Part shown: in pieces, positions 24,887 to 34,694 of the stretch
Position numbering within the stretch: the stretch's first letter is position 1
How the letters are laid out: each line of letters begins with the position of its first letter
Origin: a virus
Lineage: Duplodnaviria; Caudoviricetes
IMG/VR virus record: IMGVR_UViG_3300049139_000186
Span: 1-39,185 of that record
Reading direction: 5' to 3' (one strand)
Length of the DNA: 39,185 nt
The notes under the pieces: model-generated
The model's input: only the letters and a program-made list of their open reading frames with translations
The model's database searches: none
Told to the model about the DNA's origin: nothing
Translations under genes and position numbers: made by a program

Positions 24887-27800
24887 GTGGCGACCAAGGC
24901 ACTCACCTACAAGATCGGCGCAGACCTCGGACAGCTCCGCCGTGAACTTGAGGGTACTGACTCGTTCACCCGGAAGGCGAAGCGCGAACTGAGGGACCTG
25001 GAGGAGAGGCAGCGGGCCCATCGCCAGTCACTCTCCGATCTCGGCGCCGGGATGCTCACGTTCGGAGCCGCGGCGGCGATCGGCATGGGGTTGGCGGTCC
25101 GTGAGGCCGTGAAGTGGGAGTCGGCGTTCGCCGGGGTGCGGAAGACCGTGGACGGCTCCGACGAGGAGATCGCCGCCCTCGAAGGTGAGTTGCGCGGTCT
25201 GGCTCGCACCCTGCCGGCGACGCACCAGGAGATCGCTGCCGTCGCGGAAGCCGCCGGCCAACTGGGCATCAAGCGGCAGGACATCGCCGAGTTCACCAAG
25301 ACCATGGTCGACCTCGGCGAAACCACGAACCTCACCGCTGAGGAAGCCGCAACCGCGTTGGCGAAGTTCGCGAACATCATGGGCACTAGCGCCTCTGACG
25401 TGGACCGTCTTGGCTCTGCGTTGGTGGCGCTCGGCAACGACGGCGCGTCAACCGAGAAGGACATCATCGAGATGGGCCTCCGGATCGCTGGTGCAGGCCG
25501 GCAGATCGGGCTGACCGAGTCTCAGGTGCTGGCGTTCGCCTCCTCACTGTCGTCGGTGGGGATCGAGGCGGAGGCCGGCGGGTCCTCCTTCTCCGGCGTG
25601 ATGATCAAAATGTCGCAGGCTGCGAATGACGGCGGTGAAAGGCTCGACACGTTCGCCAAGGTGGCGGGCATGTCGAGCGCGAAGTTCGCGACGGCGTTCA
25701 AAAAGGACGCTGCTGGGGCGATCATCACGTTCATTCAAGGCCTGGGGAAGATGCAGGCGTCCGGTCAGGACGTGTTCGGTGTCCTCGACGAGCTCGGGCT
25801 GAGCGAGATCCGGGTGCGGGACGCGCTCCTCCGTGCCAGTGGCGCAGCAGACCTGTTCACCAACTCCCTGAAGACCGGCTCGGACGCGTGGGCAGAGAAC
25901 CAGGCCCTCGCAGACGAGGCGGCGAAGCGGTACGAGACGACCGAGGCTCAGCTGCAGATCGCGGGCAACAACATCAAGGACGCGATGATCGACGTCGGGG
26001 CGGCCCTGGTCCCGATCCTGCAGGCCGGACTCGACGTGGTGCAGAACTTGATCACCGCATTCCAGAACCTGCCGGGGCCGGTCAAGGACGTCGTTGCTGT
26101 GGTCGGTGCCGCCACCGCCGCGGTCGCGGTCCTCGGTGGCGCCGCGTTGATCGCCACCCCCAAGCTCCTGGCGTTCCGCGAGTCCATGCGCACGATGGCC
26201 GACTCCGGCGGGAAGATGTCCGGCGCGCTCGGCAAGTTCGGGCTGTTCATGGCCGGGCCCTGGGGTGCCGCGCTCGGTCTCGGTGTCACGCTCCTGGGGG
26301 CACTCGGGGTGGCGTCTGGTGCTGCGCAGGAAAGGCAGAAGGGGCTCGCGGAAGCGGGGAAGCGCGTCGCGGAGGCCATCGACGAGCAGAACGGGGCCAT
26401 CACCGAGTCGGTGCGGGCGGACACAGCCAAGGCCCTGGCCGAAGAGGGAGTCCTGCAGATCGCGAAGGAGTTGGGAATCGCCCTGCCGGACGTGACGGAC
26501 GCGGTCCTCGACCAGGGCACGGCGTACGACGACCTGACGGGCAAGCTGAAGGGGATCATCGACGCGAAGCAGGCCGAACTGGATCAGGCCAAGGCGGTTC
26601 GGGGCAACAACGCGGAGGTTGAGCGGCTCGAAGGCGAGATCGAGGCGTACGAGGAACTGCTGAACGGCATCGATGGCGTGAAGGGCGGCAAGGAAGCGGA
26701 GCTGCTGGCTCAGGAAGCGGCAGCAGAGGGCGCGAAGAAGGGTGCTGCGGCGAACAAGGAGAACGCCGCATCCGCGGAGGAAGTAGCGATGACCGCGGAG
26801 GAAGCCGCGGCAGCGCTCGATTCGATGGTCGACGCTCTGGAGCGGTTGAACGGTGTGACCTTGTCGCATCGCGAGGCGCAGCGGAACCTGGTCCAGGTTG
26901 TCGGCGAGGCCAACGCGTTGTTCAAGGACAACGCGAAGACGTTGAACATCCACACCGCTGACGGTATGGAAAACGCGGAGATGCTCGACAGCGTGGCTTC
27001 GGCGATGAATGACGCCGCCGAGGCAGCGGCCAAGGAGGCCGAGGCAACCGGTGGTGCCGCCGCCGGCCAGTCCGCACTGGTGGCGTCCCTGCAGGCGTCT
27101 CGGACGCAGCTGTTCAACATGTCCCGCCAGTTCTTCGCCACCGAGGAAGCGACCTGGGCCTACGTGGACTCCGTGCTGGCGATCCCGGCCGAGGCGACCA
27201 CGGCTGTCATCACCCCAGGTTCGAAGCAGGCACAGAGCGAACTGGCGCGCGTGAAGGCCGCGGTGGAGAAGGTGCCGCCGAAGAAGGAAGTCAACGTCGG
27301 TGTCCTGTCCCAGTCTGCGATCAAGAAGCTGCAGGATCTCGGGTTCAAGGTGCGGACTCTCCCGGACGGCTCGGTGTCCGTTAGTGCGAACACAGCGTCG
27401 GCGCAGAACAGGCTCAACGACCTCGTGCGCAAGAACAACCACAAGGTGCTGAGTTGGACTGTCCGGGTCCACACTCAGGAGGTTGGGCGGCAGTCGCTGG
27501 CCGGCCGGTTCACCCCCGCCTACGGCGGTGTGGTGGCGTTCGCGCAGGGCGGCATGTTCGGCGAGTCGCACCACCCCCAGATCGGCAGGGCCGTGCCGGG
27601 TGCGGTGAGGATCTGGGCGGAGCCGGAGACGGGGAACGAGTCCTACATCCCGTGGGCGATGGACCGTCGTGGCCGCGCCACGGACATCCTCGGGATCACC
27701 GCGGACGCGTTCGGCTACACGTTGGTCCCGAAATCGACCATGGTCCAGTCGTTTGCGCACGGCGGAGTAAACGGCGGCGGGGCCAGTAGCGGCGGGTGGG

Positions 27801-27925
27801 GGGCGGTCAACGTGCGGGTGTTCGTCGGCGACCGCGAGATCCACGACATCGTGCGGGTTGAGCTCGACCACAACAACCGGCAGACACGACGCGACATCAT
27901 CGCCGGTCGGGGCAGGGCCCGGTGA
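24887..27925 (+). CDS. Tape measure protein (TP901 family)
   Basis: 1012 aa, Ala-rich helical; WESAFAGVRKTVDG; TM segments; C-terminal IWAEPETGNESYIP motif. Confidence 0.96.
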   Translation: MATKALTYKIGADLGQLRRELEGTDSFTRKAKRELRDLEERQRAHRQSLSDLGAGMLTFGAAAAIGMGLAVREAVKWESAFAGVRKTVDGSDEEIAALEGELRGLARTLPATHQEIAAVAEAAGQLGIKRQDIAEFTKTMVDLGETTNLTAEEAATALAKFANIMGTSASDVDRLGSALVALGNDGASTEKDIIEMGLRIAGAGRQIGLTESQVLAFASSLSSVGIEAEAGGSSFSGVMIKMSQAANDGGERLDTFAKVAGMSSAKFATAFKKDAAGAIITFIQGLGKMQASGQDVFGVLDELGLSEIRVRDALLRASGAADLFTNSLKTGSDAWAENQALADEAAKRYETTEAQLQIAGNNIKDAMIDVGAALVPILQAGLDVVQNLITAFQNLPGPVKDVVAVVGAATAAVAVLGGAALIATPKLLAFRESMRTMADSGGKMSGALGKFGLFMAGPWGAALGLGVTLLGALGVASGAAQERQKGLAEAGKRVAEAIDEQNGAITESVRADTAKALAEEGVLQIAKELGIALPDVTDAVLDQGTAYDDLTGKLKGIIDAKQAELDQAKAVRGNNAEVERLEGEIEAYEELLNGIDGVKGGKEAELLAQEAAAEGAKKGAAANKENAASAEEVAMTAEEAAAALDSMVDALERLNGVTLSHREAQRNLVQVVGEANALFKDNAKTLNIHTADGMENAEMLDSVASAMNDAAEAAAKEAEATGGAAAGQSALVASLQASRTQLFNMSRQFFATEEATWAYVDSVLAIPAEATTAVITPGSKQAQSELARVKAAVEKVPPKKEVNVGVLSQSAIKKLQDLGFKVRTLPDGSVSVSANTASAQNRLNDLVRKNNHKVLSWTVRVHTQEVGRQSLAGRFTPAYGGVVAFAQGGMFGESHHPQIGRAVPGAVRIWAEPETGNESYIPWAMDRRGRATDILGITADAFGYTLVPKSTMVQSFAHGGVNGGGASSGGWGAVNVRVFVGDREIHDIVRVELDHNNRQTRRDIIAGRGRAR

Positions 27926-29313
27926 CCGTCAACCTGACCTATGACGACCACCTGTCGCGGGTGCAGATCACCGCCGACGGGCTGGCAGGCGCCGTGTGGG
28001 CCACTGTCGAACGCTCCACCGACGAGGTGTCGTGGTCAACGGTGCGCGGCGGGTCAAGGATGGCCGTGTCGGCGGGGCAGATCGCCGTCGACGACTACGA
28101 GTTCTCCGCTGACGTCACGAACTACTACCGGGTGCTGTACCCGGCGGAGATCACGTTCGTCTCCGCCGGCACCGCAGATCACGACGCCAATCTCCCGGTC
28201 ACACCAGGCCTCCCCGCTGGTATAGCAGCCGGTGACGTTCTGCTCGAACTCGCTGCGACCCGCGCGTCCGCCCAGGGCACACCCACCCCACCACCAACCG
28301 GATACACGGAGTTGGTGAACGCGGGAAACGTGCGTGTTCACGGCAAGGTCGCTGGCGCGTCCGAGTCCAGCCCTACCCAGGGGTTCACTGGCGCCGGCGC
28401 GGCAGGCATGAGCGTCTCGGCGCAGATGTGCGCCTTCCGCGGCGCGCAGATGGTGCTCGGCGCGGAGACATCGTCGCAACTGAACGCGTCCGGGCAGGAC
28501 ATCGCGACACCCGCCTACACGCCCGCGTCGGACAACAGCGTGTTGGTGTGGGTGGGGTGGAAGCAGGACGACTGGACCGCGGTCACTCAACCGGTCGGGG
28601 TGCCATCGGAGATAGGCGACACCGCCACCACATTGGGCGACGATCAGGGCATCACGTGGGCGTACCAGATCCAAACCACGGCGACCGCGGCCGGCGCCTC
28701 GGCGTTCACCGTCACCGGCGGCGCGTCGGCCGTGTCCCGGGGAGTGGTGTTCGAACTGCTTGCCGACACCCTCACCCAGTCCGCGTCGATCACACCTTCC
28801 CTGGGCGGGCAGGTCTGGTTGAAGTTCGTGGCCCGCCCATTTCTCAACCTTCCGGTTGAGGCGTACGGGGAAGTGAACGTCACGCGTCGGGCCCGGAACG
28901 CCATCTACCAGATCGTGGGCCGGTCCGCTCCGGTGGCGGTCACGGACGTGCGTGCGGGCCGCGAACTTCTGCTGTCGGTGAAGACCCTCACCACGGAGGC
29001 ACACGAGCGGTTGGACTTCGCGGTCGCCGGCGGAGATCCCGTGTTTGTACACGCCCCACCCGGATCGCCAGTGCCGACGATGTACGCGGTGATAGGGGAT
29101 GTGCAGGACGACCAGCCAGTACCGGGCGTGCATTTCTGGACGCTGCCGCTGACCGAGGTCGCGGCCCCCGCCGCGGAGATTGTCGGGTCGACGATTACGT
29201 GGCAGGGCGTCCTCAACCAGTACGCCACCTGGCAGGACGTGATCGATGGCGAGACCTCGTGGCAGGACCTGTTGACCAGCATCGGTGACCCGAGTGACGT
29301 CATCGTCGACTAG
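27922..29313 (+). CDS. Distal tail (Dit-like) protein with inserted domain
   Basis: First gene after tape measure; VERSTD...DDYEF N-terminus, IVGRSAPVAVTDVR and LPLTEVAAP C-terminal part. Confidence 0.75.
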   Translation: MTVNLTYDDHLSRVQITADGLAGAVWATVERSTDEVSWSTVRGGSRMAVSAGQIAVDDYEFSADVTNYYRVLYPAEITFVSAGTADHDANLPVTPGLPAGIAAGDVLLELAATRASAQGTPTPPPTGYTELVNAGNVRVHGKVAGASESSPTQGFTGAGAAGMSVSAQMCAFRGAQMVLGAETSSQLNASGQDIATPAYTPASDNSVLVWVGWKQDDWTAVTQPVGVPSEIGDTATTLGDDQGITWAYQIQTTATAAGASAFTVTGGASAVSRGVVFELLADTLTQSASITPSLGGQVWLKFVARPFLNLPVEAYGEVNVTRRARNAIYQIVGRSAPVAVTDVRAGRELLLSVKTLTTEAHERLDFAVAGGDPVFVHAPPGSPVPTMYAVIGDVQDDQPVPGVHFWTLPLTEVAAPAAEIVGSTITWQGVLNQYATWQDVIDGETSWQDLLTSIGDPSDVIVD

Positions 29314-29327
29314 GCGGGGGGTGTCTG

Positions 29328-30449
29328 GTGCGTCCCGTCTCCGATGAGTTTCTTGCCGCGCTCCGCGGATCGCACACGATGTGCTCCAGAGCCCGGATCG
29401 TCGCACCGGGCCAGACAGGTACCGACCCAGACGGCGCAGAGATCCCCATTTTCGGGGGGGACGTGACGTTGGATGCGAACGCGGAGGTCCGCGGCACCAT
29501 CGAACTCGAAACATCCAGCGAGTACTGGCCTACCTCAGACACTGATCTCGCCACGCCGTACGGCAACGAGCTGTTCGTCGAGCGCGGCATCGTCCTAGGT
29601 TCGGGTTCGCGCGTGCTTGTGTCGCAGGGCTACTACCGGCTCGATGACGTGGAGCAAACCGAGATCCCAGGGCACATCCGCCTGTCGGGGTCGGATCGGA
29701 TGACTCATGTCAAGGACAGCATCTTGCTGGCGCCGGTCCAGTTCGGCGCCGCCACCTCCTTATCGACCGTGGTGGAACAGCTGGTGCTCGAGGTTCTACC
29801 GGACGCCACATTCGACATGGACACCGACTTCGCCACTGCCACGCTCGGCCGCAGCGTGATCGCGGAGGCAGATCGGTACGCGTTCCTTCTCGACGCCGTT
29901 CGGTCACACGGCAAAATCTGGTACTGGGACCACACTGGCGCTCTGCGAATCAGCACGCCACCCGACCCTGCTGCCCCCGTGTACACCGTGAAGTCGGGTC
30001 AGGGCGGCGTGTTGGTGGAGTTACGGCAGAAGTTGTCCCGCGAAGGCATGTACAACGCAGTGGTCGTGACCGGCGAGGCGCCAGACACCAATGCCCCAGT
30101 AAGGGCGGTGGCGTATGACAACAACCCCACTAGCCCGACGTACTGGCATGGTTCGTTCGGTCGAGTCCCGCGGCCTTACTCGAGTCCTTTCATCACGACG
30201 ACGGCGCAGGCGGCGTCAGCGGCGGCGTCTCTGCTTCGGCGGGCGCTGGGCTTACCACGTCAGGTGGATTTCCAGACGGTGCCGAACCCAGCCCTAGAAC
30301 CGGAGGATCCGGTGAGGTTGGTATCTCCGCAGGAAACCCGAACTCACGTATTGGAGCGAATCACGCTTCCGCTCGCGAATACCGACACCGCGCAGTCGGC
30401 GAACACCCGGCAGCGAGTTGCCGACCAGATCGCATTCGAGGAGGGCTGA
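29328..30449 (+). CDS. Baseplate hub/minor tail protein (DUF5047-like)
   Basis: MRPVSDEFLAALRGSH...YNAVVVTGE...FGRVPRPYSSP...VPNPALEPED. Confidence 0.85.
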   Translation: MRPVSDEFLAALRGSHTMCSRARIVAPGQTGTDPDGAEIPIFGGDVTLDANAEVRGTIELETSSEYWPTSDTDLATPYGNELFVERGIVLGSGSRVLVSQGYYRLDDVEQTEIPGHIRLSGSDRMTHVKDSILLAPVQFGAATSLSTVVEQLVLEVLPDATFDMDTDFATATLGRSVIAEADRYAFLLDAVRSHGKIWYWDHTGALRISTPPDPAAPVYTVKSGQGGVLVELRQKLSREGMYNAVVVTGEAPDTNAPVRAVAYDNNPTSPTYWHGSFGRVPRPYSSPFITTTAQAASAAASLLRRALGLPRQVDFQTVPNPALEPEDPVRLVSPQETRTHVLERITLPLANTDTAQSANTRQRVADQIAFEEG

Positions 30450-31093
30450 TGTTCCCTGGTGTCGGGAAGATGCCTCTGGCCGACGTTGGATTCCACCAGG
30501 GGACCGTCGTCGAATGGGACCAGGAAGCAGGATCCAACCGAATCGCGGTCGCGGGTTCTGTGCTCGAAGACCTACCGGTCGCCGCGATGGGCAGCGTCAT
30601 GGTCGGCACTGGGGACGTGGTGGTCCTCATGCGCTATCACAACCAGTACTTCGTCATGGGCCGCGTCGCACCTGTTTCGCAGTCGCTCGCGATCCGGTAC
30701 GTCGTAGGAACGGACGATGACAACTGGACCACTTCGTCAGCGTGGGCCGATCTCAATCATGGACAGGTACCGACACTGACTGACGTGTACATCGGTCCGT
30801 CGCGCCGCTGTCTCGTGTTTCTTTCAGCCGCACTCGCTGGAGCCAGTGGCACACTGGGCGAGCTGCATTTCCAGGTGTCCGGGGCGTCGACCATCTCTCC
30901 GCCTAGCCTGGTGGGAGACAGGACGAACATCGGCGCTGTCGGAGGCGGTGGAAGCGCAACCCGTATGTTCGGTCTTACCGCATCGGACGGGTTGCAATCA
31001 GGGTTGAACACGTTCGAGGTGAAGTACAGGCGCATGTCTGGCACCGACGACGCCTTCTTCTCTAACACTGTTCTGATAGTTCTTCCGCTTTAA
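30449..31093 (+). CDS. Minor tail protein
   Basis: Position; N-terminal OB-like GFHQGTVVEWD...GDVVVL...VMGRV. Confidence 0.7.
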   Translation: MFPGVGKMPLADVGFHQGTVVEWDQEAGSNRIAVAGSVLEDLPVAAMGSVMVGTGDVVVLMRYHNQYFVMGRVAPVSQSLAIRYVVGTDDDNWTTSSAWADLNHGQVPTLTDVYIGPSRRCLVFLSAALAGASGTLGELHFQVSGASTISPPSLVGDRTNIGAVGGGGSATRMFGLTASDGLQSGLNTFEVKYRRMSGTDDAFFSNTVLIVLPL

Positions 31094-31108
31094 CAAAGGG
31101 GAGTTTCT

Positions 31109-31690
31109 ATGGGTGCTACGGGTACGTACGGTTTTCCCTACCAGGAGCTCGGCGAAGTTCCGAACGGGGCCGCGTTAGGTCAGGATCTTGCTGTCGCGAT
31201 CGACACCGAGCTCCAGCGAATCGACGGCGACATCGCCGGCAACAAGCTGGGGCAGGTCATCGCGCGCGCCGACCGCATAACTACCAGCACCAGCGCAGCG
31301 TCCACAACGGATGTGGGTGTTCTACGCCTGGATGATGTCCCCGTCTCCTCCGGTCGTGCCTACCAGATCAGGTACCGGTGCAACCCGAACTCGAGCATCT
31401 CTACGGACATCATCGGCTCCCAGCTGCGATACACCACGGATGGTTCCACCCCCGCTGTGTCAAGCACGGTGCTGGCCGGGTCGACGTCCTTGTCGCCCGA
31501 CGGAACGGGCACAATCACCCAGGAGACCACTTATACGCCGGGCAGCAACCTCAACCTGTCCCTGCTGTTGTGCGTGAATCGGACAGCAGGGACAGGCAAC
31601 TGCAACCTGTTCGCGGACGGAGCGCGCGCCACCAGCATCTGGATCGTCGATGGCGGCGTGGATCCAGGCGATTCAGGTACCGACGTCTAG
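31109..31690 (+). CDS. Tail fibre/receptor-binding-like protein
   Basis: MGATGTYGFPY...LAVAID N-terminus typical of actinophage fibres. Confidence 0.7.
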   Translation: MGATGTYGFPYQELGEVPNGAALGQDLAVAIDTELQRIDGDIAGNKLGQVIARADRITTSTSAASTTDVGVLRLDDVPVSSGRAYQIRYRCNPNSSISTDIIGSQLRYTTDGSTPAVSSTVLAGSTSLSPDGTGTITQETTYTPGSNLNLSLLLCVNRTAGTGNCNLFADGARATSIWIVDGGVDPGDSGTDV

Positions 31691-32202
31691 ATCCTCGGCA
31701 GGCTAGCCGTCCAGGCGCCGGAATGAACCAGCAGTGTCGTGTTGCGCTGTGTCCATGTGTCATCGCAGTCCCAGCCTCGCTGCAGGTACGGCAAGTACCC
31801 GGACCCGAGGAGTCGGGAGCCGCAGTCGGCGACCAGTTCAACCAATTCGAGGTTGCCTGCGTAGGCTGCGTACGTCTTCTCCGCGCCTCCGTAGTAGCGG
31901 CCCTGCTGCAGGTGCATCCACTCGTGCCGCACGATGTCGCCGACATGCTGACAAGGCACTTCGGGGTTGAACTCGACGGTGAGGGTGTCGAGGTCGGTTT
32001 GGGCATAGTTGTTGTCCAGCCGCCGCAGTGTCCAGTCGGCACGGTCCTCACCGAGGCTTGCCAGGGCGGTGTCGAACTCGGCGGCCCAGTCGCATACGAG
32101 ATGCTCAGCGGCGGCGGGCTCGGACGTGAGGACAGGAGTGGCGCCTCCGGCTGCGGCAGCCGCGACCAGCACGAGGACCAAGGCGAGAACGCGTCTGACC
32201 AT
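31687..32202 (-). CDS. Secreted HExxH zinc-metallopeptidase-like protein (moron)
   Basis: Signal peptide MVRRVLALVLVLVAAAAAGGA; HEWMH plus downstream ELVADC; -10-like GATACT 6 nt before ATG. Confidence 0.75.
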   Translation of the reverse strand: MVRRVLALVLVLVAAAAAGGATPVLTSEPAAAEHLVCDWAAEFDTALASLGEDRADWTLRRLDNNYAQTDLDTLTVEFNPEVPCQHVGDIVRHEWMHLQQGRYYGGAEKTYAAYAGNLELVELVADCGSRLLGSGYLPYLQRGWDCDDTWTQRNTTLLVHSGAWTASLPRI

Positions 32203-32263
32203 GCCTTGAGTATCGCTCCAAGGGTGGACAGCGCTACGGGTGAAAGTCGTGCCGGAGGTGTAC

Positions 32264-32578
32264 GTGATCGAACTGCTGCCGTGGCTCCCTCCGGCCGGCA
32301 TCACGGGTTTCGTCATCGCGATTCTGTACGCGATCCTGCGTGGCTCGCTGGTGCCCCGCGGAACGGTGGACGCGCGGATCGCTGAGCTGCAGGCGGTCGT
32401 CGTGCTGTGGAAGGAAGCCGCCGCGGCGAAGGAGCAGGTCGTGGCGGAGATGCTGCCGCTGATCCGGCAGGGGCTGGACAACGACAAGCTCACCATCGCT
32501 TTGGTGGGCTCTCTGAAAGAGGCTGTGGATCGCCTGGAGCCCAGTACTCCGAGCCGGCGGGACGGTGAGCGTGAGTGA
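32264..32578 (+). CDS. Lysis-cassette membrane protein (holin-like)
   Basis: One TM helix followed by RGSLVPR and a coiled coil; RBS GGAGGTG. Confidence 0.7.
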   Translation: MIELLPWLPPAGITGFVIAILYAILRGSLVPRGTVDARIAELQAVVVLWKEAAAAKEQVVAEMLPLIRQGLDNDKLTIALVGSLKEAVDRLEPSTPSRRDGERE

Positions 32579-32814
32579 TCTGGTGGCGTCGCAAGAAGCA
32601 CACGAAACCGGACGACCTCGAGGCCTATGTGGCGCGGGAACGCGCTGAGGCTGAGGCGGTACACGACGACACCCGCCGCCAGGCGGAGGAGACCCGACAG
32701 CTGCGGGCGGAGTCGTCACGTGTCAACGCGCAGGGGAAGAAGATCCGTGAGGCCAACCACTTCACGACGTGGTTGACACGAGCGCTTCGGGGAGTACAGG
32801 AGGACGGCCGGTGA
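32575..32814 (+). CDS. Lysis-cassette hypothetical protein
   Basis: MIWWRRK...REANHFT motif common next to actinophage holins. Confidence 0.7.
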   Translation: MIWWRRKKHTKPDDLEAYVARERAEAEAVHDDTRRQAEETRQLRAESSRVNAQGKKIREANHFTTWLTRALRGVQEDGR

Positions 32815-33149
32815 GCACCCCCGTGTTCATTGTCTACGTGGGTCTGGTCGCACTCGGGGCCATCCCGGCGTTGACGTTCCCCATCTACTACTCGGTGATG
32901 TCGAAATGGTGGCGGTTGCCCCGCGGGCCCGAGCGTGAGACGGCCGTGCATCTGCTGATGTTCTCCAGTCTGTTCGCGTTGCTGTACGTGCGGGGCGGCG
33001 TCACCCTGTCCACCCCGTCCGGCCGGGGCGCGGTGCTGAACCAGTCGCCCGGCGCCGCGGCGTTCCTGCTGTTCCTGGCGGCGTTCGCGGCGTTCGTTGT
33101 GTGGCAGCGGGTGTGGCTTTTCCACAAAGGTCGAAAGGGGCGCCGCTGA
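32811..33149 (+). CDS. Putative holin (3 TM)
   Basis: Three hydrophobic segments, basic C-terminus. Confidence 0.7.
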   Translation: MSTPVFIVYVGLVALGAIPALTFPIYYSVMSKWWRLPRGPERETAVHLLMFSSLFALLYVRGGVTLSTPSGRGAVLNQSPGAAAFLLFLAAFAAFVVWQRVWLFHKGRKGRR

Positions 33150-33412
33150 TGCTGACCTATTCCCACTGGGCTCCGCAGGAGATGGCCGGTGAGGTGGCGG
33201 GGCATGTGCGAGCGCATCTGTCGTCTGTCGCCACCGAGGGCGACGACCCCGAGCGTTACGCCGCCGACGTGGACATCGTCGTGGTCGCCGACGGTGAGGG
33301 TGTGCTGATCACTGGACACCTCGACCGCGCCCCGGTCGCCGACTATCTCCGCGACGACTACGACCCGTACGACGGGGTGCCCGACGAGCTACGGGCGGAG
33401 GCCGACCGGTGA
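33149..33412 (+). CDS. Hypothetical protein upstream of endolysin
   Basis: TGATG and GTGA coupling. Confidence 0.65.
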   Translation: MLTYSHWAPQEMAGEVAGHVRAHLSSVATEGDDPERYAADVDIVVVADGEGVLITGHLDRAPVADYLRDDYDPYDGVPDELRAEADR

Positions 33413-34326
33413 ACGTCGTCGCGATGACGTTGCGCGCGGTTCAGATCGCCCGCAGCAAGGGCTTGAGGGTCACGTTCGAGCCAGGTTGGGAGACCCGCGG
33501 CAACGGCTACACCGGCCGCTATGTCGGCGTCTCGGTGCACCACACGGGCACACCATCGAGCGTCTCCAACCCTTTCCCCACCCGACGGCTCCTACGCGAG
33601 GGCCGCGACGACCTCTCTGGTCCGCTGTGCAACTCGGCTGGCCCGGCGGACGGGTCGATTCATGTCATGGCCGCGCACGCCGCGAACCACGCCGGCGCGT
33701 CCGGTGGTCGGAGCATGGGCCCTCTGCCGGTGACCCGGCTGTTCAACCCGCTGGTGTGGGGTCATGAGATCGACTACGCCGGTTCGGTCCCGATGCTGAC
33801 CGCCCAGTACCGGGCGGCTGTGCTGTGGTCGATCGCCGTGCTGCAGGCCCTGCGTGAGCACGGTCAGATCTCGTCGGCCGATCCGCAGAGGATCCGCGCC
33901 CACGCCGAAACGTCGATCACCGGCAAGTGGGATCCGGGTGACGCACCCGGCCGCACGATCAACATGACCGCCTTCCGGGCGGCAACACGAGTTCTCCAGG
34001 AGGACGACATGAGCGCAGCAGCGGAAGCCCACATCGCCGAGCTCTACAAGATGCTGGTCCTCGGCACCAAGGACGACGGTCGCTACAACCGCGACCTGGG
34101 TCACATCAAGGACACTCTGTCCAAGCAGATCGCCGCGGTGCAGGGCGCGATCTCCGCGCAGGAGGCGCGCATTCTCGCCGCGGTCGCCGCCGACGGCACC
34201 CACCCTGTCGACGTCCACGAACTCGCGAACGCACTCCTGACCCAGCTGGGAACCGACCTGGGTCAGGCGCTGCTGGACGCGCTGATCGCCGAACTCCACG
34301 CCAACCGCAACCCCGAAGGGAACTGA
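33409..34326 (+). CDS. Endolysin, N-acetylmuramoyl-L-alanine amidase (Amidase_2)
   Basis: GWETRG...VHHTG...GRDDLSGPLCN...ANHAG...GHE...AHAE...KWDPG Zn-amidase motifs. Confidence 0.92.
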   Translation: MNVVAMTLRAVQIARSKGLRVTFEPGWETRGNGYTGRYVGVSVHHTGTPSSVSNPFPTRRLLREGRDDLSGPLCNSAGPADGSIHVMAAHAANHAGASGGRSMGPLPVTRLFNPLVWGHEIDYAGSVPMLTAQYRAAVLWSIAVLQALREHGQISSADPQRIRAHAETSITGKWDPGDAPGRTINMTAFRAATRVLQEDDMSAAAEAHIAELYKMLVLGTKDDGRYNRDLGHIKDTLSKQIAAVQGAISAQEARILAAVAADGTHPVDVHELANALLTQLGTDLGQALLDALIAELHANRNPEGN

Positions 34327-34327
34327 C

Positions 34328-34573
34328 ATGTCTCAGCCGAACGTGAATATCCCGGTCCCCGAGCCTGTCCAGACCGCAACCAAGGCCATCAACACGTCCA
34401 TCGTCCTCACAGGCGGGTGGCTGGCGCTGGTCATCAAGTCGTGGGCCGACGGGTCTATCAGCTGGGCGGAGGGCTACGAGATCATTGGCGCGGCCGTTGT
34501 CGCGCTCGGCTCGATCTACGCCACATGGAAGAGCCGGAACAAGACACGTTCCACGCACCTGCGGGGGGCGTGA
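34328..34573 (+). CDS. Holin (2 TM)
   Basis: KAI...TM...DGSISWAE...TM...basic tail; follows endolysin. Confidence 0.8.
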   Translation: MSQPNVNIPVPEPVQTATKAINTSIVLTGGWLALVIKSWADGSISWAEGYEIIGAAVVALGSIYATWKSRNKTRSTHLRGA

Positions 34574-34594
34574 CCGACACCGCTGCCCTGGACC

Positions 34595-34694
34595 GTCCAC
34601 CCCCGGATTCCGCCCTTCTCCGGGGTGGACAGAGGCCCCCGCTCCCGACACCCCTCCCCCTGGGTGTCGCGTGAGCGGGGGCCTCGTTTGTCGT
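34595..34694. terminator. Two tandem hairpins between convergent operons
   Basis: GTCCACCCC(C)GGA/TCCGGGGTGGAC (34595-34630) and GAGGCCCCCGCTC...GAGCGGGGGCCTC followed by GTTTGTCGT (34632-34694). Confidence 0.8.

Larger units (their letters stand above)
1..34694 (+). mobile_element. Temperate siphovirus prophage of an actinomycete (left part, including integrase/repressor, lies outside the window)
   Basis: Canonical order: early genes, HNH, TerS/TerL, portal, protease, HK97 capsid, neck, tail tube, frameshift chaperone, tape measure, tail tip, lysis; pervasive ATGA/GTGA coupling. Confidence 0.97.

Noticed and set aside
25544-27871. 775-aa minus-strand ORF (and similar long antisense ORFs at 15066-16319, 17951-19096, 28054-29514, plus 36579-37547 and 37590-38876 on +)
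   Set aside because: Shadow ORFs opposite well-supported genes; expected in high-GC DNA with strong codon bias; no motifs.
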